The notes beneath the pieces are model-generated. The model saw nothing but the letters and a program-made list of their open reading frames with translations, was not told the origin of the DNA and made no database searches. This document shows positions 44,053 to 54,645 of a stretch of 64,000 bases of DNA, piece by piece. This DNA is from an uncultured Phycisphaerales bacterium (lineage in GTDB: Bacteria; Planctomycetota; Phycisphaerae; Tepidisphaerales; Tepidisphaeraceae), in the NCBI GenBank assembly GCA_963758525.1, contig CAVWVQ010000003.1:3040001-3104000 (forward strand), written 5' to 3'. Every line of letters begins with the position of its first letter. The stretch's first letter is position 1. The position numbers and the translations under genes are program-made.

Positions 44053-44238
44053 GTGGCATGGGCATCCTGCCCATGGCCGCGATACTCCGCGGCGTTGGTC
44101 GGCACGCTGGCCAACCAGCAGGAGCGCAGCGATCTTCTCCGTTCCCCAAGCAGAAGAACGCTGCGCTCGGGTTTGTTCGACCGGAGTACCGATCGATGTC
44201 GCGGGGTACCGCGACCATGGGCAAGATGCCCATGCCAC
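44053..44238. repeat. 186-bp REPIN/MITE-like palindrome, copy 2
   Basis: gtggcatgggcatcctgcccatgg ... ccatgggcaagatgcccatgccac, starting 2 nt after the PEP-CTERM stop. Confidence 0.87.
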
Positions 44239-44311
44239 GAACGCCGCCGCGCTCGCGCTGAATCCGTGATGCGCGCCGGCCCGGGTCACCGCTGTGTTTT
44301 GAGGTTTTGCC

Positions 44312-45367
44312 ATGTCTCGACAACGGGGATTATATATTCTTGATCCGAACTCCTTCGGGCTGATCTATGGCCCCGATGAGCAACGCGACATTGCGGCGCA
44401 CGTGGAGATCACGGCTGCGCCCCTCTCGGCACGCGAGGCGCTCGCCCGGCCGGAGCTACTGGCAGAAGCGGATGTGATCTTCTCCGGCTGGAAGGGGCCG
44501 ATGCTCGACGATGCGTTCTTCGCCGCCGCTCCAAAACTCAAGGCCATTTTCTACGGCGCGGGCTCGATGGGGTACATCCTCACTCCGGCCGTCTGGGAGC
44601 GGGGCATCGTCGTGACCAGCGCGCTGGAAGCCAACGCGGTTCCCGTCGCTGAGTACGCGCTGGCAACGATTCTCTTTTCTCTCAAGCACGGGTGGAAGCT
44701 GGCCAGGATGACAAAGGCCGGCCGCTGCCACCCCGGTCGGGATCACGTCCCCGGTTGTTACGGGAGCACGGTGGGATTGGCTTCGCTGGGGGCGATTGCC
44801 CGGAAGTTGCTGGAGTTGCTGCGGCCATTTGACTTGAATGTGCTCGTGTACGACCCGTTCCTTGCCGAGCATGACGCGGCGGCGCTGGATATCGAGCTGG
44901 TCTCACTGGACGCCATTTTCCAGCGAGCCGACGTGGTGTCGCTGCACACGCCGATTTTTCCCGAAACATTCGGGATGATCACCGGCGATCACCTCGACAG
45001 CATGAAGCCCGGAGCGACGTTCATCAACACCGCGCGCGGGGAACTGGTGCGCGAGGACGAGATGATCGAGGTTCTCTCCCTGCGGCCGGATCTGCAGGCG
45101 GTGCTGGACGTGACGTTTCCCGAACCTCCCGCAGCCGATTCACCGCTCTATACCCTTGAGAACGTCGTGCTCACGCCGCACATCGCTGGATCGGCCGGCA
45201 ACGAGTGTCGGCGGATGGGGCGATGCATGGTCGAGGAATTGGAGCGCTACCTGTCGGGCGAGCCCCTCAAGTATGCGCTGACGGAGAACTCGGTGCTGCG
45301 ATCATCGCATCGGCCGCTGGGGGCGCCCATTCCGCCCGCAGCGCGACAGCCGGCAATGGCGCTCTGA
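44312..45367 (+). CDS. D-isomer-specific 2-hydroxyacid dehydrogenase
   Basis: NAVPVAEY, GLASLGAIAR, VSLHTP, FINTARG, LDVTFPEP, TPHIAGS. Confidence 0.93.
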   Translation: MSRQRGLYILDPNSFGLIYGPDEQRDIAAHVEITAAPLSAREALARPELLAEADVIFSGWKGPMLDDAFFAAAPKLKAIFYGAGSMGYILTPAVWERGIVVTSALEANAVPVAEYALATILFSLKHGWKLARMTKAGRCHPGRDHVPGCYGSTVGLASLGAIARKLLELLRPFDLNVLVYDPFLAEHDAAALDIELVSLDAIFQRADVVSLHTPIFPETFGMITGDHLDSMKPGATFINTARGELVREDEMIEVLSLRPDLQAVLDVTFPEPPAADSPLYTLENVVLTPHIAGSAGNECRRMGRCMVEELERYLSGEPLKYALTENSVLRSSHRPLGAPIPPAARQPAMAL

Positions 45368-45468
45368 GCGATCCGGGGAGGAAGTGATGTTGCAAGTACT
45401 ATTTGTGTCAGGCTCCCTTGAAATCATTGAACGCTGCGCAACGCGGAGCAGCTACGACCGTAATCCAA

Positions 45469-45505
45469 CGCACGGAGGCACCGAGGCACGGAGGCACGAA
45501 GGGAA
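45469..45505 (+). repeat. Tandem octamer repeat (AGGCACGA family)
   Basis: gcacggaggcaccgaggcacggaggcacgaaggg just upstream of the ATG at 45515. Confidence 0.7.
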
Positions 45506-45514
45506 GGAAGCGAA

Positions 45515-46762
45515 ATGCATATCCTCGTGATGGCGCTTGCATGCCTGATGGCGGGCGATTTGGTCTCGGTTGCCTCCGCCGCTGGTCCTGACACGGCCGC
45601 TGGCGAGACGCCGCAAGCACTCCAAGAGGCATCACCGCAGGCCGTGCGAAAGGCGGGCCCTTTTGTTCATCCGGGCTTGCTGAGCACCGAACAAGACTTT
45701 CGGCGGATGAAGGCCATGGTGGATGCGGGGCGCGAGCCTTGGAAATCTGACTGGGAGAAGCTGATCGCCAACCCGCATGCCTCCCTCAAATGGGAGCCGC
45801 GTCCGGCCCAGGTCATTTACCGGGGAAAAGCAAGAGGTCAGACGGCGAGGGAAAACTATGTGCAGTTATACCGGGATACGGCCACGGCCTACTCATTGGC
45901 GTTGAGGTGGCGCATTTCCGGAGATCCCGCGTATGGGCGCCAGGCGGTGGTGGTTCTCAATGCGTGGGCTGCAACGCTGACGAAGATTTCCGGCGATTCG
46001 AATGCCTGCCTGGCCCTCGGCATTTATGGGTACCAATTCGCCTGCGCCGCCGAGATCATGCGCACCTTTGACGCTTGGGATCGACAGGATTTTGCCCGAT
46101 TCCAGGAAATGATGCTGCGGGTGTTCTACCCGGCCAACTCCGATTTTCTCATTCGCCACAACAACACCAAGATCGACCATTACTGGTGCAACTGGGACGC
46201 CTGCAATATGTGCTCCATGCTCGCCATCGGGGTGCTCTGCGACAAGCGGCCGATCTATGACGAGGCCGTGGATTATTTCAAGCATGGAAAGGGAAACGGG
46301 GCAATCGAGCAAGCAGTTTATTTCATTCATCCAGACGGTCTTGGCCAATGGCAGGAGAGCGGGCGCGATCAGGCCCACACCATGATGGGAGTTGGTCTGC
46401 TGGCAACTTTCTGCCAGATGGCCTGGAACCAGGGGGATGATCTATATGGGTACGACAACAATCGTTTGCTGTCGGGCGCCGAGTATGTCGCAAAGTACAA
46501 CCTGGGCGAAGACGTCCCCTATCAAACTTACAAGAACAGCCTCGCGACTCAGCCGGAGATCAGCTCGTTCGGCAGGGGCGGCCAGCGGCCGATATGGGAA
46601 ATCCTCTACAACCATTACGTGAAGCTCAAGGGACTGCCCGCGCCGTACGTAACCCGGGCCGCCGAATCCGTCCGGCCCGAAGGCGGCGCCGGGGATTATG
46701 GCCCGAACAGCGGCGGTTTTGACATGCTCGGGTATGGCACGCTGACCTTCACGTTGAACTAG
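45515..46762 (+). CDS. Alginate-lyase-family ((alpha/alpha)n toroid) secreted protein
   Basis: FVHPG, HYWCNWD, GQWQESGRDQAH, AEYVAKYNLG, GYGTLTF. Confidence 0.85.
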   Translation: MHILVMALACLMAGDLVSVASAAGPDTAAGETPQALQEASPQAVRKAGPFVHPGLLSTEQDFRRMKAMVDAGREPWKSDWEKLIANPHASLKWEPRPAQVIYRGKARGQTARENYVQLYRDTATAYSLALRWRISGDPAYGRQAVVVLNAWAATLTKISGDSNACLALGIYGYQFACAAEIMRTFDAWDRQDFARFQEMMLRVFYPANSDFLIRHNNTKIDHYWCNWDACNMCSMLAIGVLCDKRPIYDEAVDYFKHGKGNGAIEQAVYFIHPDGLGQWQESGRDQAHTMMGVGLLATFCQMAWNQGDDLYGYDNNRLLSGAEYVAKYNLGEDVPYQTYKNSLATQPEISSFGRGGQRPIWEILYNHYVKLKGLPAPYVTRAAESVRPEGGAGDYGPNSGGFDMLGYGTLTFTLN

Positions 46763-47592
46763 GCTCTGTCTGACGGATCGAGAACCCTCAGGTATTTCAG
46801 CATGATAGCGAGTTTGGCGAAGCTCAAGAAGTTAAGAGCCAGCTTCTCATAGCGTGTTCCCAGCCGACGACATTCCTTGAGCCATCCGATAGCACACTCG
46901 ATGCGGCTTCGTTTGCGGTAGCTGCTTTTATCGAATCGCTCGCCCTTTGGTCGTGGCTGATTGGATTTGCGCGGGATGACGGCTTCGATCCCGCAATCGG
47001 CCAGGAACTGGCGAACGGTTTCGTAGCTGTACCCTTTGTCGCCCGCGATCTTCCCCGGCCAGCCGATGTGCAGGGGCGCTGCACCGCGTGCATCACCTTG
47101 TGGAGCTGCGTGGATTCGTGCGTTTGCCCCGCGGTAACGGTGACGGCGAGCACAAGGCCCTTTCCGTCAGTAACCACGTGGAACTTTGATCCCCATCCGC
47201 CGCGCGAGCGGCCCAGCGCGTGGTCGGCCGGTTCGAAGTCGAGGCCGCGCCCCCTTTGCGCGCCCGGCGGCAGCGCGAGAAGCACGCACATTGGAGCCGT
47301 CGACGAGCCAGAGATCCCAATCGATCTTGCCCTCCTTGTTGAGTCGAATCCGCAGTGCTTTGAGGATGCGATCGAAGAAGCCTTCGCGCCGCCAGCGGTT
47401 GAAGCGATCATAGACGCTCTTCCATTTCCCGTAGCGTTCGGGCATGTCTCGCCATGGAGCTCCGGAGCGAAGAATCCAGAGCATCCCATTGAGCGTGATG
47501 CGGTGGTCGTTCCATCGTCCGCCACGTTTTTGTACGGGGAAAAGTGCCTTGATCAGGTTCCAGTGATCATCCGTGAGTTCATAGCGCGCCAT
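46759..47592 (-). CDS. IS5-family DDE transposase, split across frames
   Basis: MARYELTDDHW...GAPWRDMPERYG...VDGSNVRA; ALGRSRGGWGSKFH; AGDKGY...IECAIGWLKECRRLGTRYEK. One shift near AAAGGGGG (~47255) may be programmed; a second lies near 47065. Confidence 0.9.
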
Positions 47593-47681
47593 GTGTCCTC
47601 CATGTGGAGAACATCATGACGATCATAGAAGAATGCGCAACACCTAACGAGCGCCGAACATTCGATCCGTCAGACAGAGCC
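46762..47681 (-). mobile_element. IS5-family insertion sequence (IS427-like), 920 bp
   Basis: Perfect 20-bp TIR ggctctgtctgacggatcga (46762-46781 / 47662-47681) flanked by TA on both sides. Confidence 0.95.
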
Positions 47682-47940
47682 TAATGCGCCAGCTCCGGAG
47701 CAAATCGCGGAAGGAATCGGCTATACAGGATGAACAGGATGGTGGTCCCCCCCGAGTACGAGGGGAGGAGGCAGGAAATCGCCTCCCGGATTTTCCGGCA
47801 CGCCGGTCCGACAACTCGGCTTCAGTTGCACGGCCGCGATCTCAGACTCGAAGCCCGCGCAACGAATTTCGCGGACGCAAGTTCTTGGCCGCGGCGTCAG
47901 GGAAAGACGGGAGCAATGTTCTTCGGTACACTCAAAACTC

Positions 47941-48783
47941 ATGGCAGACTCGCCGCCACTGGAAACTGAATTTGGGATGGTGCAGGCCCATTACGACCTG
48001 AGCGATCAGTTCTTCGCGCTATTTCTCGATCCCTCGCTGGCATACACCTGCGCGTACTTTCAATCGCCGCAATCGACGCTGGCCGAAGCGCAAATGGCGA
48101 AGATGGATCTGTCGCTGGGCAAGTGCGAGCTCAAGCCGGGGCAACGGCTCCTGGAGATCGGTTGCGGCTGGGGCGCGATGGCGGTGCGGGCCTGGGAGAA
48201 GCATGGCGTGAGCGTCACCGGGCTGACGCTCAGCCGCAATCAGCATGCACACTGCCAAGCGCTGGCGGCGGGGCGCGAGGGTCTGGACTTCCGGCTCGAA
48301 GGATGGGAGACGTTTCACGAAAAAGTGGATCGGATCGTCGCCATCGGTGCGTTCGAGCACTTCGGCGCCGCGAAACACGCCGCTTTCTTCGAGCGATGCC
48401 GCTCGCTCCTGCCGGCTGACGGGGTATTGGTGCTGCACATGATCACGGTGGGCAAGCCGTGCAACACGTTCGCCTTTAAGCGGTTTCTGCACTTTCTGGA
48501 TGCGAAGATCTTTCCCGGCTCATATCTGCCGCCGCCGCCTGAGCGGGTGATTGAGTTCGCCCGCAACGGCGGGTTTGAGCCGGTGCACATGGAGAGTCTT
48601 CGGCCGCATTATGCGCGGACGCTCGATTGCTGGGCAGAGAATCTGCAGCGGGAGCGAGCACGCGCCGTCGAGATCGCCGGGAAGCGGACGTACAACGACT
48701 ACGTCAAATACCTCACGGGTTGCGCGGCCTATTTCCGAAGCGGCGAATGCAACCTGCACCAGTTCAAGCTGCGGATGGCGTGA
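47941..48783 (+). CDS. SAM-dependent cyclopropane fatty-acyl/mycolic-acid-synthase-like methyltransferase
   Basis: QAHYDLSDQFFALFLD, YTCAYF, LLEIGCGWG, GAFEHFG, IFPG, HYARTL. Confidence 0.92.
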   Translation: MADSPPLETEFGMVQAHYDLSDQFFALFLDPSLAYTCAYFQSPQSTLAEAQMAKMDLSLGKCELKPGQRLLEIGCGWGAMAVRAWEKHGVSVTGLTLSRNQHAHCQALAAGREGLDFRLEGWETFHEKVDRIVAIGAFEHFGAAKHAAFFERCRSLLPADGVLVLHMITVGKPCNTFAFKRFLHFLDAKIFPGSYLPPPPERVIEFARNGGFEPVHMESLRPHYARTLDCWAENLQRERARAVEIAGKRTYNDYVKYLTGCAAYFRSGECNLHQFKLRMA

Positions 48784-48860
48784 TTGATTGACATCATCCC
48801 CGGCATCGGCACAATCCGCACTGCACCGGGGCGGTTGCGGAATTAGCGAGGGATGGATTC

Positions 48861-49175
48861 ATGCTACTGACGAAGCACGAAGGGGCGACCTTTCAAAATC
48901 AGACGATCTATATCAGCGGCCAGGCATTTATCCGCTGCAATTTCGTCGCCTGCACGCTGGTACTGCGGGAGACGACGTATCATCTCGAACAATGCACGTT
49001 CGACCGCTGCAACTGGCATGTGAACTGGATGCTCCTCTGGGGAAGCCGCGAGTCGGTGGCCGACATCAAGGCACTCGTGACGCTCATCGAACAGGCTCAG
49101 CAACAACTCGGCCCGGCTCAGGACGGCAGCGCTCCCAGGGCCGAGGGAACTGGGCCTACCCCATTCGCTGGATAA
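48861..49175 (+). CDS. Hypothetical protein (short beta-helix-like CxF repeats)
   Basis: GAGG RBS; typical codon usage; FQNQTIYISGQAFIRCNFVACTL...CTFDRC. Confidence 0.7.
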   Translation: MLLTKHEGATFQNQTIYISGQAFIRCNFVACTLVLRETTYHLEQCTFDRCNWHVNWMLLWGSRESVADIKALVTLIEQAQQQLGPAQDGSAPRAEGTGPTPFAG

Positions 49176-49189
49176 TCCCGCTGCTCCTG

Positions 49190-50805
49190 ATGTTCTGCCC
49201 GTCCGCGCAGGCGCTGGAGCCGGATCAAATTGCGCTGATCGTGAACGACAAGTCGCAGGGGAGCCGGATGCTGGCGGACTTCTACGCGCAGCAGCGGCAG
49301 ATTCCGGCAGGACGCGTTATCACGCTCTCGATTCCGCAGCCGGACGCGTCGAGTCCGTTGGAGGAGATTCCCTTTGATGATTACGAGTCGAGGCTCGCGC
49401 AGCCGGTCCGGGACTTTCTAAACCGCAATGGGCTCAAGGACCGCGTGAAGTGCCTTGTGACGTTCTGGGGAGTGCCGCTGCGTGCTGCCAGGCGGGAGCT
49501 GACGGCCGCGGAGCGTGACGAGCAGCTTGCGATCGGGAACGATTGCAAAGCGCTGCGGCCTCAGATCGAGCAGGAGGTTCGCGCGCTGGAGGCGCTGGCC
49601 CGAGCAGTGAATCCGAAATTTGCGCCGGCGATACCGCCGGCGACCGTCGATGAGGCGCAGGCATTGCTGCGTCGCGCGGACGACGCGCTGGTGGCTGCGG
49701 TGACGGCGCTGGCGGCGATGCCGCCCGGCGCCAACGGGCGGGGCTGTTCGAGCAGCTGACGGGTCTGGCCGCGGAAATCGGGGGCAAGCCCGCTTCAATC
49801 CTGCGGCTCGCGATCCCTCCATTTTCGCAGCTGGCGGCGCAGCCCGTTACCGGTGAACAGCTTGCTGATGCCCGGCATCAACTGGAATTGGCGCGGCAAC
49901 GACTGGCGCCGCTGGACCTTCGCACGCCAGGCGACCGGGCCGCGCAGCGCAACATCACGCGCGACACTCTGGGCCATCTGAATCTGCTGCGCGTGCTGGA
50001 CAACCAGTATCGGCTGCTGCAACCCGAACAAAGCGAGTCCGCCATCGACAGTGAGCTGGCGCTGATCTGGTGGGGGAGTTATCCGCGGTTTCGCTGGCAG
50101 CGCAATCCCCTCTATTGTCATTACGACGGCCCGCAGCCGCCGGGTCCGACGTTGATGGTCATGCGCATCGACGCGCCGACGATTCCGGCAGTACACAATC
50201 TGATCACATCAAGCGTCGCGGTGGAAGCAACGGGTCTGCAGGGAAAAGTGGCGATCGACGCGCGCGGCAAGCTTCCGACGGACGGATATGGAGTGTATGA
50301 CCAGTCGCTCCGCAACCTGGCGGCGCTGCTTCGCCAGCACACGAATCTGGATGTGGTGCTGGACAACCGCGAGGCGCTGTTTCCCCCGCATTCTTTGAAC
50401 GACGTCGCGCTGTATTGCGGCTGGTACAACCTCAGGCACTACGTGCCGTCTTGTCGATTCAGCCGGGGGGCGGTCGGCTTCCATGTTGCCAGCTTCGAAC
50501 TGGTTTCCCTCCACTCACCCGATGAAACCGGCTGGGTTGCAGGGCTGATGAATGATGGCATCACCGCCACGCTCGGGCCGGTCGCGGAGCCGTATCTGGA
50601 ATCGTTTCCCAGGGCCGACGAATTTTTCCCCTTGCTGCTGACGGGAAAGCTGCCGCTGGCGGAGGTCTATTGGCGGACCACCCCAATGGCAAGTTGGATG
50701 CAGGACTGCATCGGCGATCCGCTGTATCGGCCCTATGCGGTCAATCCGCCGCTTGCGACCGATGATTTGCCGGCGAATTTGCGCGGGGCTTTGCAGAAGA
50801 GATAG
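49190..50805 (+). CDS. TIGR03790-like protein, frameshifted near 49740
   Basis: ALEPDQIALIVN, GVPLR, AIDSELAL, MVMRIDAP, LYCGWY, GAVGFHVASFE, GPVAEPYL, IGDPLYRPY. Start approximate. Confidence 0.85.
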
Positions 50806-50857
50806 TTGATTCAACTTCCGGCTGCTCATGGCCGATAAAGAGTTGAAAGGTCAGCCC

Positions 50858-51022
50858 ATGCCGATTCAACTCATTTGTCCGAATCTTCGATGTCGCAAGT
50901 TTTTGTCGGTTCCGGATGAGGTGCGCGGGAAGCTGGTGAAGTGCCAGCATTGCCAGACGATGTTTCGGGTGCCGGATGGCCAAAAGAAGCCCGACCCGTT
51001 GCCGGTGGGGGCGAAGCGGTAG
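50858..51022 (+). CDS. Small zinc-ribbon protein
   Basis: CPNLRC...GKLVKCQHC. Confidence 0.8.
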   Translation: MPIQLICPNLRCRKFLSVPDEVRGKLVKCQHCQTMFRVPDGQKKPDPLPVGAKR

Positions 51023-51089
51023 GGGAGTCGATCGATTCATCGACGCGGTTGACCCAGAGGGACGGACTCTCTGGGTCGTTTGCTGCGCT

Positions 51090-51278
51090 TCAGGCGCGAT
51101 CTAGCGCCTTCCGCGGACGGCCGCGGCCACGTTTGGCGGCTTCCCACAACGCCCGGTCTTTGCGCGACAGCGGACGCGTCTCACGGTAGTCGGTACCCTT
51201 GGCGAGTCTCGCCGCTTCAGCGTCCCGCTCTCCCGCGTTCATCTCGAAAAATGACTTCGCCGATTTCCTGTTTCGCAT
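51090..51278 (-). CDS. Small antitoxin-like protein, possibly C-terminally truncated
   Basis: Strong GAGGTG RBS; ends at RGRGRPRK with no following DNA-binding domain. Confidence 0.55.
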   Translation of the reverse strand: MRNRKSAKSFFEMNAGERDAEAARLAKGTDYRETRPLSRKDRALWEAAKRGRGRPRKALDRA

Positions 51279-51282
51279 TTGA

Positions 51283-51415
51283 TCACCTCTGGTTTCTGCG
51301 ATATTGCTTCAATCTGCGTCCGTCGAGCGGCATTGCATGAATGATGCAGACGCCCTTGGCGTCGGCGTTATCAGCGAGTTCGCCGAGATCCGCAACAACG
51401 GGCGCATGGCAAACG
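51283..51415 (-). pseudogene. Possible 3' remnant of a toxin-like gene
   Basis: Start-less frame ...DLGELADNADAKGVCIIHAMPLDGRRLKQYRRNQR*, whose stop overlaps the RBS of the next gene. Confidence 0.35.
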
Positions 51416-51418
51416 ATG

Positions 51419-52607
51419 CTACTTCGACGGACGCTCTTTCAGATCAGCCTGCGCTTCCTGAAGCGAGAGGACCGCGAACGTCGTCGCCAGGACGGGCTTG
51501 CTCTCCATCCACTTCTGGGTGCCGTTGAAGCTGCCGTCGTCTTTTTGGACGGCGGCGAGTTTGTCGATCAACTCGATTCGCCAATCGTGCTTATTGCCCT
51601 TCGAGTCGGTGATGATCGGCTCGCCGTAGGCGCGCAGGCGCGGGCGAGCGTGTGATAATAATAGAACAAACCGCTGTCACCAGCGCCGGGTCATTGGCGT
51701 TCATGCCGGGGTTCACGTCGAGCGTCCAGTTGTTGCTCACCCATTTCCAGGCAGCTTTGACGCGGGGATCATCTTTGGTCAGCCCGGCATACATCATGCT
51801 TTTGAGCCCGGCATAGGTCATTGAGCCGTAGCTGCGGAGCAGTTTTCGGCCGTCGGGACCGGTGTACTCGCCGGCCGGGGAGCTTCCGCCGTCGGCGGGG
51901 AAGTAGACGAAGCCGCCGTCGTCGCCGGCCCATTTCTGATCGTTGGTTTCGGAGTTGTTCTGGCAGCGGGTGACAAATTTGAGCGCGGCCTGAAAGGCCG
52001 GATCATCGCTCTTCATGCCCGCGTCCTTCAGAGCGTCGAGGGCGAAGTTCGTGTTGCTGTCGTCGGCGCGGCCCTGGCGGCCGTATCCGAATCCCCCGAA
52101 GTTTGGGTTGCTCGGATCGACTTTTTTGCTCTGCTCCGGCAGGCCTTCGATTTTGTCCGTCCATTGCAGATCGCGGAGATACTTCACCGCCTTGTCGAGG
52201 TGGTCCTTGTATTCTGCCTCTTTTGAAACGGCGATCGCACTGACCGCAATCGCGGTGTTGTAGGTCGCCAGCATATCGGCGGAGATGCTGCCGTCGGGCT
52301 TCTGATAGGAGAGGAGTTTGTCGAAGCCCTTGTCGAGAAACGGATTTTCCGGGTCGTAGTGAGAGTTCTGCATGAACGCCTTGAGGACCAGCGCCGTGAT
52401 CGCGGGCGGGTCAGACGGCTGCTGCCAGCCGAAGTCGGGGTTCTGATGGGCTTTGAGATAGAGAAGGCCCTTTTCGATGGACGCCTCGGCGCGATCGGCG
52501 GGGGGTGAAGGTTGTGTGGTCACATCGTTGTTCGCCAGCGTTGATAAGGCCGTAGCGAGTAAGAGGGCGATCGATGCGGATGTCGCTAGATAACGGGGAC
52601 ACGGCAT
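51419..52607 (-). CDS. Secreted prenyltransferase/squalene-cyclase-repeat protein, frameshifted near 51680
   Basis: QNPDFGW, QKPDGSI, GGFGYG, DGGFVY, SYGSMTYAGLKS; the C-terminus (...KWMESKPVLATTFAVLSL...RPSK*) ends at 51419 in another frame. Confidence 0.85.
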
Positions 52608-52700
52608 GGTTGATTTCTCCTCTGTCCAACTATCGTAGGCGCAGGATATGAATGCTAACAGAGTCGAGACGGTGGCGGGAAATTATTGCACTCGCGCGAA

Positions 52701-54639
52701 CTAAAACGGCAACGACTGATCCATCCAATCGTCACTGCGGAGCACCTGTTTTCGATTGAACCGCGCGAATCGCTCGGCCTTGGCCTGTGCCATGGCGATA
52801 AGTCGTCCCGCACCGATGGTGCGCCAGGCCTTTCGCGCGATCGGTGCGTGACGCAGAAACAGGTCGTCTTCGGCGCAGGCAAAGAGCTGGGCGCACCCAG
52901 GATCTCCCTGACGGGCGGCTCTGCCGAAGAGCTGGCGGTCGACGCGGCCCGAGCCGTGGGGTTCGGTGGCGATCACGTGGAGACCGCCCATCTCGGCGAC
53001 GCCTTTGGCGAGCTTGATGTCGGTGCCGCGGCCGGCCATGTTGGTGGCGACGGTGATCATGCCGCGGGTGCCGGCTTCAGAGACGATCGAGGCTTCGCGC
53101 GCGGTCTGGGTGGCGTTGAGCACGCGATGCACTTTGCTTAAATCGGTGAGCCGTTTGCTCACTTCCTCCGACGCCAGCACGCTGCGGGTTCCGACGAGAA
53201 CGGGGACACCCTTCTCGTTCAGTTCGCAGACGCGCTGGATGACGGCCGTCCATTTTTCTTCCATCGTATCGAACATGCGCAGCGGAAGCAGCGTGCGGAT
53301 GCACGGGCGGTTGGTCGGAATGCGCACAACGGGGCGCTGATAGATCTGCCAGAGCTCGCCGGCAGATTCCCATGCGGTGCCGGTCATGCCGCTCATGTCA
53401 GGATACTGGCGGAAGAAGCGCTGGAAGCTGAGACGGGCGAGGTTTTCCTTGTCAGCGGTGACATTGACTCCCTCCTTGACCTCGATCGCCTGGTGCAGCC
53501 CGTGCCGCCAGCTTCGATCGGCCATCACGCGGCCCGTGAACTCGTCGATGATCTGCACCTTCCCGTCTTCGGCGACGAGATAATGCTCGTCGCGGACGAA
53601 ACAATGGCGTCCGCACAGCGCCTGCGTCACCAGCTCTTCGCGCCGGCGCTTGCCTTTCCAGAAGCCGGAGGCGGCCGAGAGTTGTTCCAGGCGTTCCTGT
53701 CCATTGGCGGTCAGATCGACGCTGCGAACCGTGCGGTCGATGGTGAAGTCGCGACCGAATTGAAGCTGCTGGGCCAGCTCGTCGGCGGCGCGGTAGTGCG
53801 TGGCATTGGGCTCGTCATCGGGAGAATTGGAAATGATCAGCGGGGTCACCGCTTCGTCGATGAGAAGGCTGTCCGCTTCGTCGACCAGGGCGCGCGCCAG
53901 GCCGGGAACCATCAGCCGCCCCGCAAAGCTGGAGGCGCCGCCGGCGAGTTGACGCACGGAGGTCTGGGTGCTGGTGCGGAGCGTGCCGAGCTGAAGCTGA
54001 TCGCGGAGGAAATCGGCCACCAGCTCCTTGCTCGTGCAGTAGACCACGTCGCGGCGGTAGTGATCGATGCGCTCATTGGCGGGAAGATCATGGACGATGG
54101 CTCCGGCACGCAATCCGAGCATGCGGTAGACCGGCCCCATCTCGTGAGCGTCGCGTTCCACCAGATAATCGTTGACGGTAATCACGTGCACGGGCCGTCC
54201 GCGCCAGGCGAGCAGCGAAGCGGCGAGCGAAGCGGTGAGCGTCTTGCCTTCCCCGGTTGCCATTTCCGCGACGGCGCCGCCGATCATCGCCAGCGCCCCC
54301 ATGATCTGCACGTGGAAGGGCCGCATTCCCAGCGCCCGCCACGCCGCCTCGGCGCCAGGGCCATGGCGCGATCTTCGGCCTCTCCCTCAAGCCGGCCGCG
54401 CCGCGCCAGCGCCGCGCATCGGCCACCGCGTCGCGAAACCGTTCGGCGCCCAGCTCGCGGATCTGAGGCTCGAGCTGCTCGATCCGATCCGCCTGCGCGC
54501 GAAGGCGCGCCAACATCGGCCGGCGGTTCTTAAACCATCCATGCACCCCGTTGGCGGCGGCGTCGAGTCCCTTGAGTTCCGGCGCTTTTACCCGCCGGGC
54601 GTCAAAGATCGCGTAAAGTTCGTCAGTGGCGGAAGTCAT
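52701..54639 (-). CDS. Short accessory SecA-like DEAD ATPase (~645 codons), frameshifted at 54340-54410
   Basis: MATGEGKT, TVNDYL, VDEADSLLIDEA, GLHQAIEVKE, GMTGTA, TNMAGRGTDI, RVDRQLFGRAARQGDPG; N-terminus MTSATDEL starts at 54639. Confidence 0.9.
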
Positions 54640-54645
54640 TGGGGG

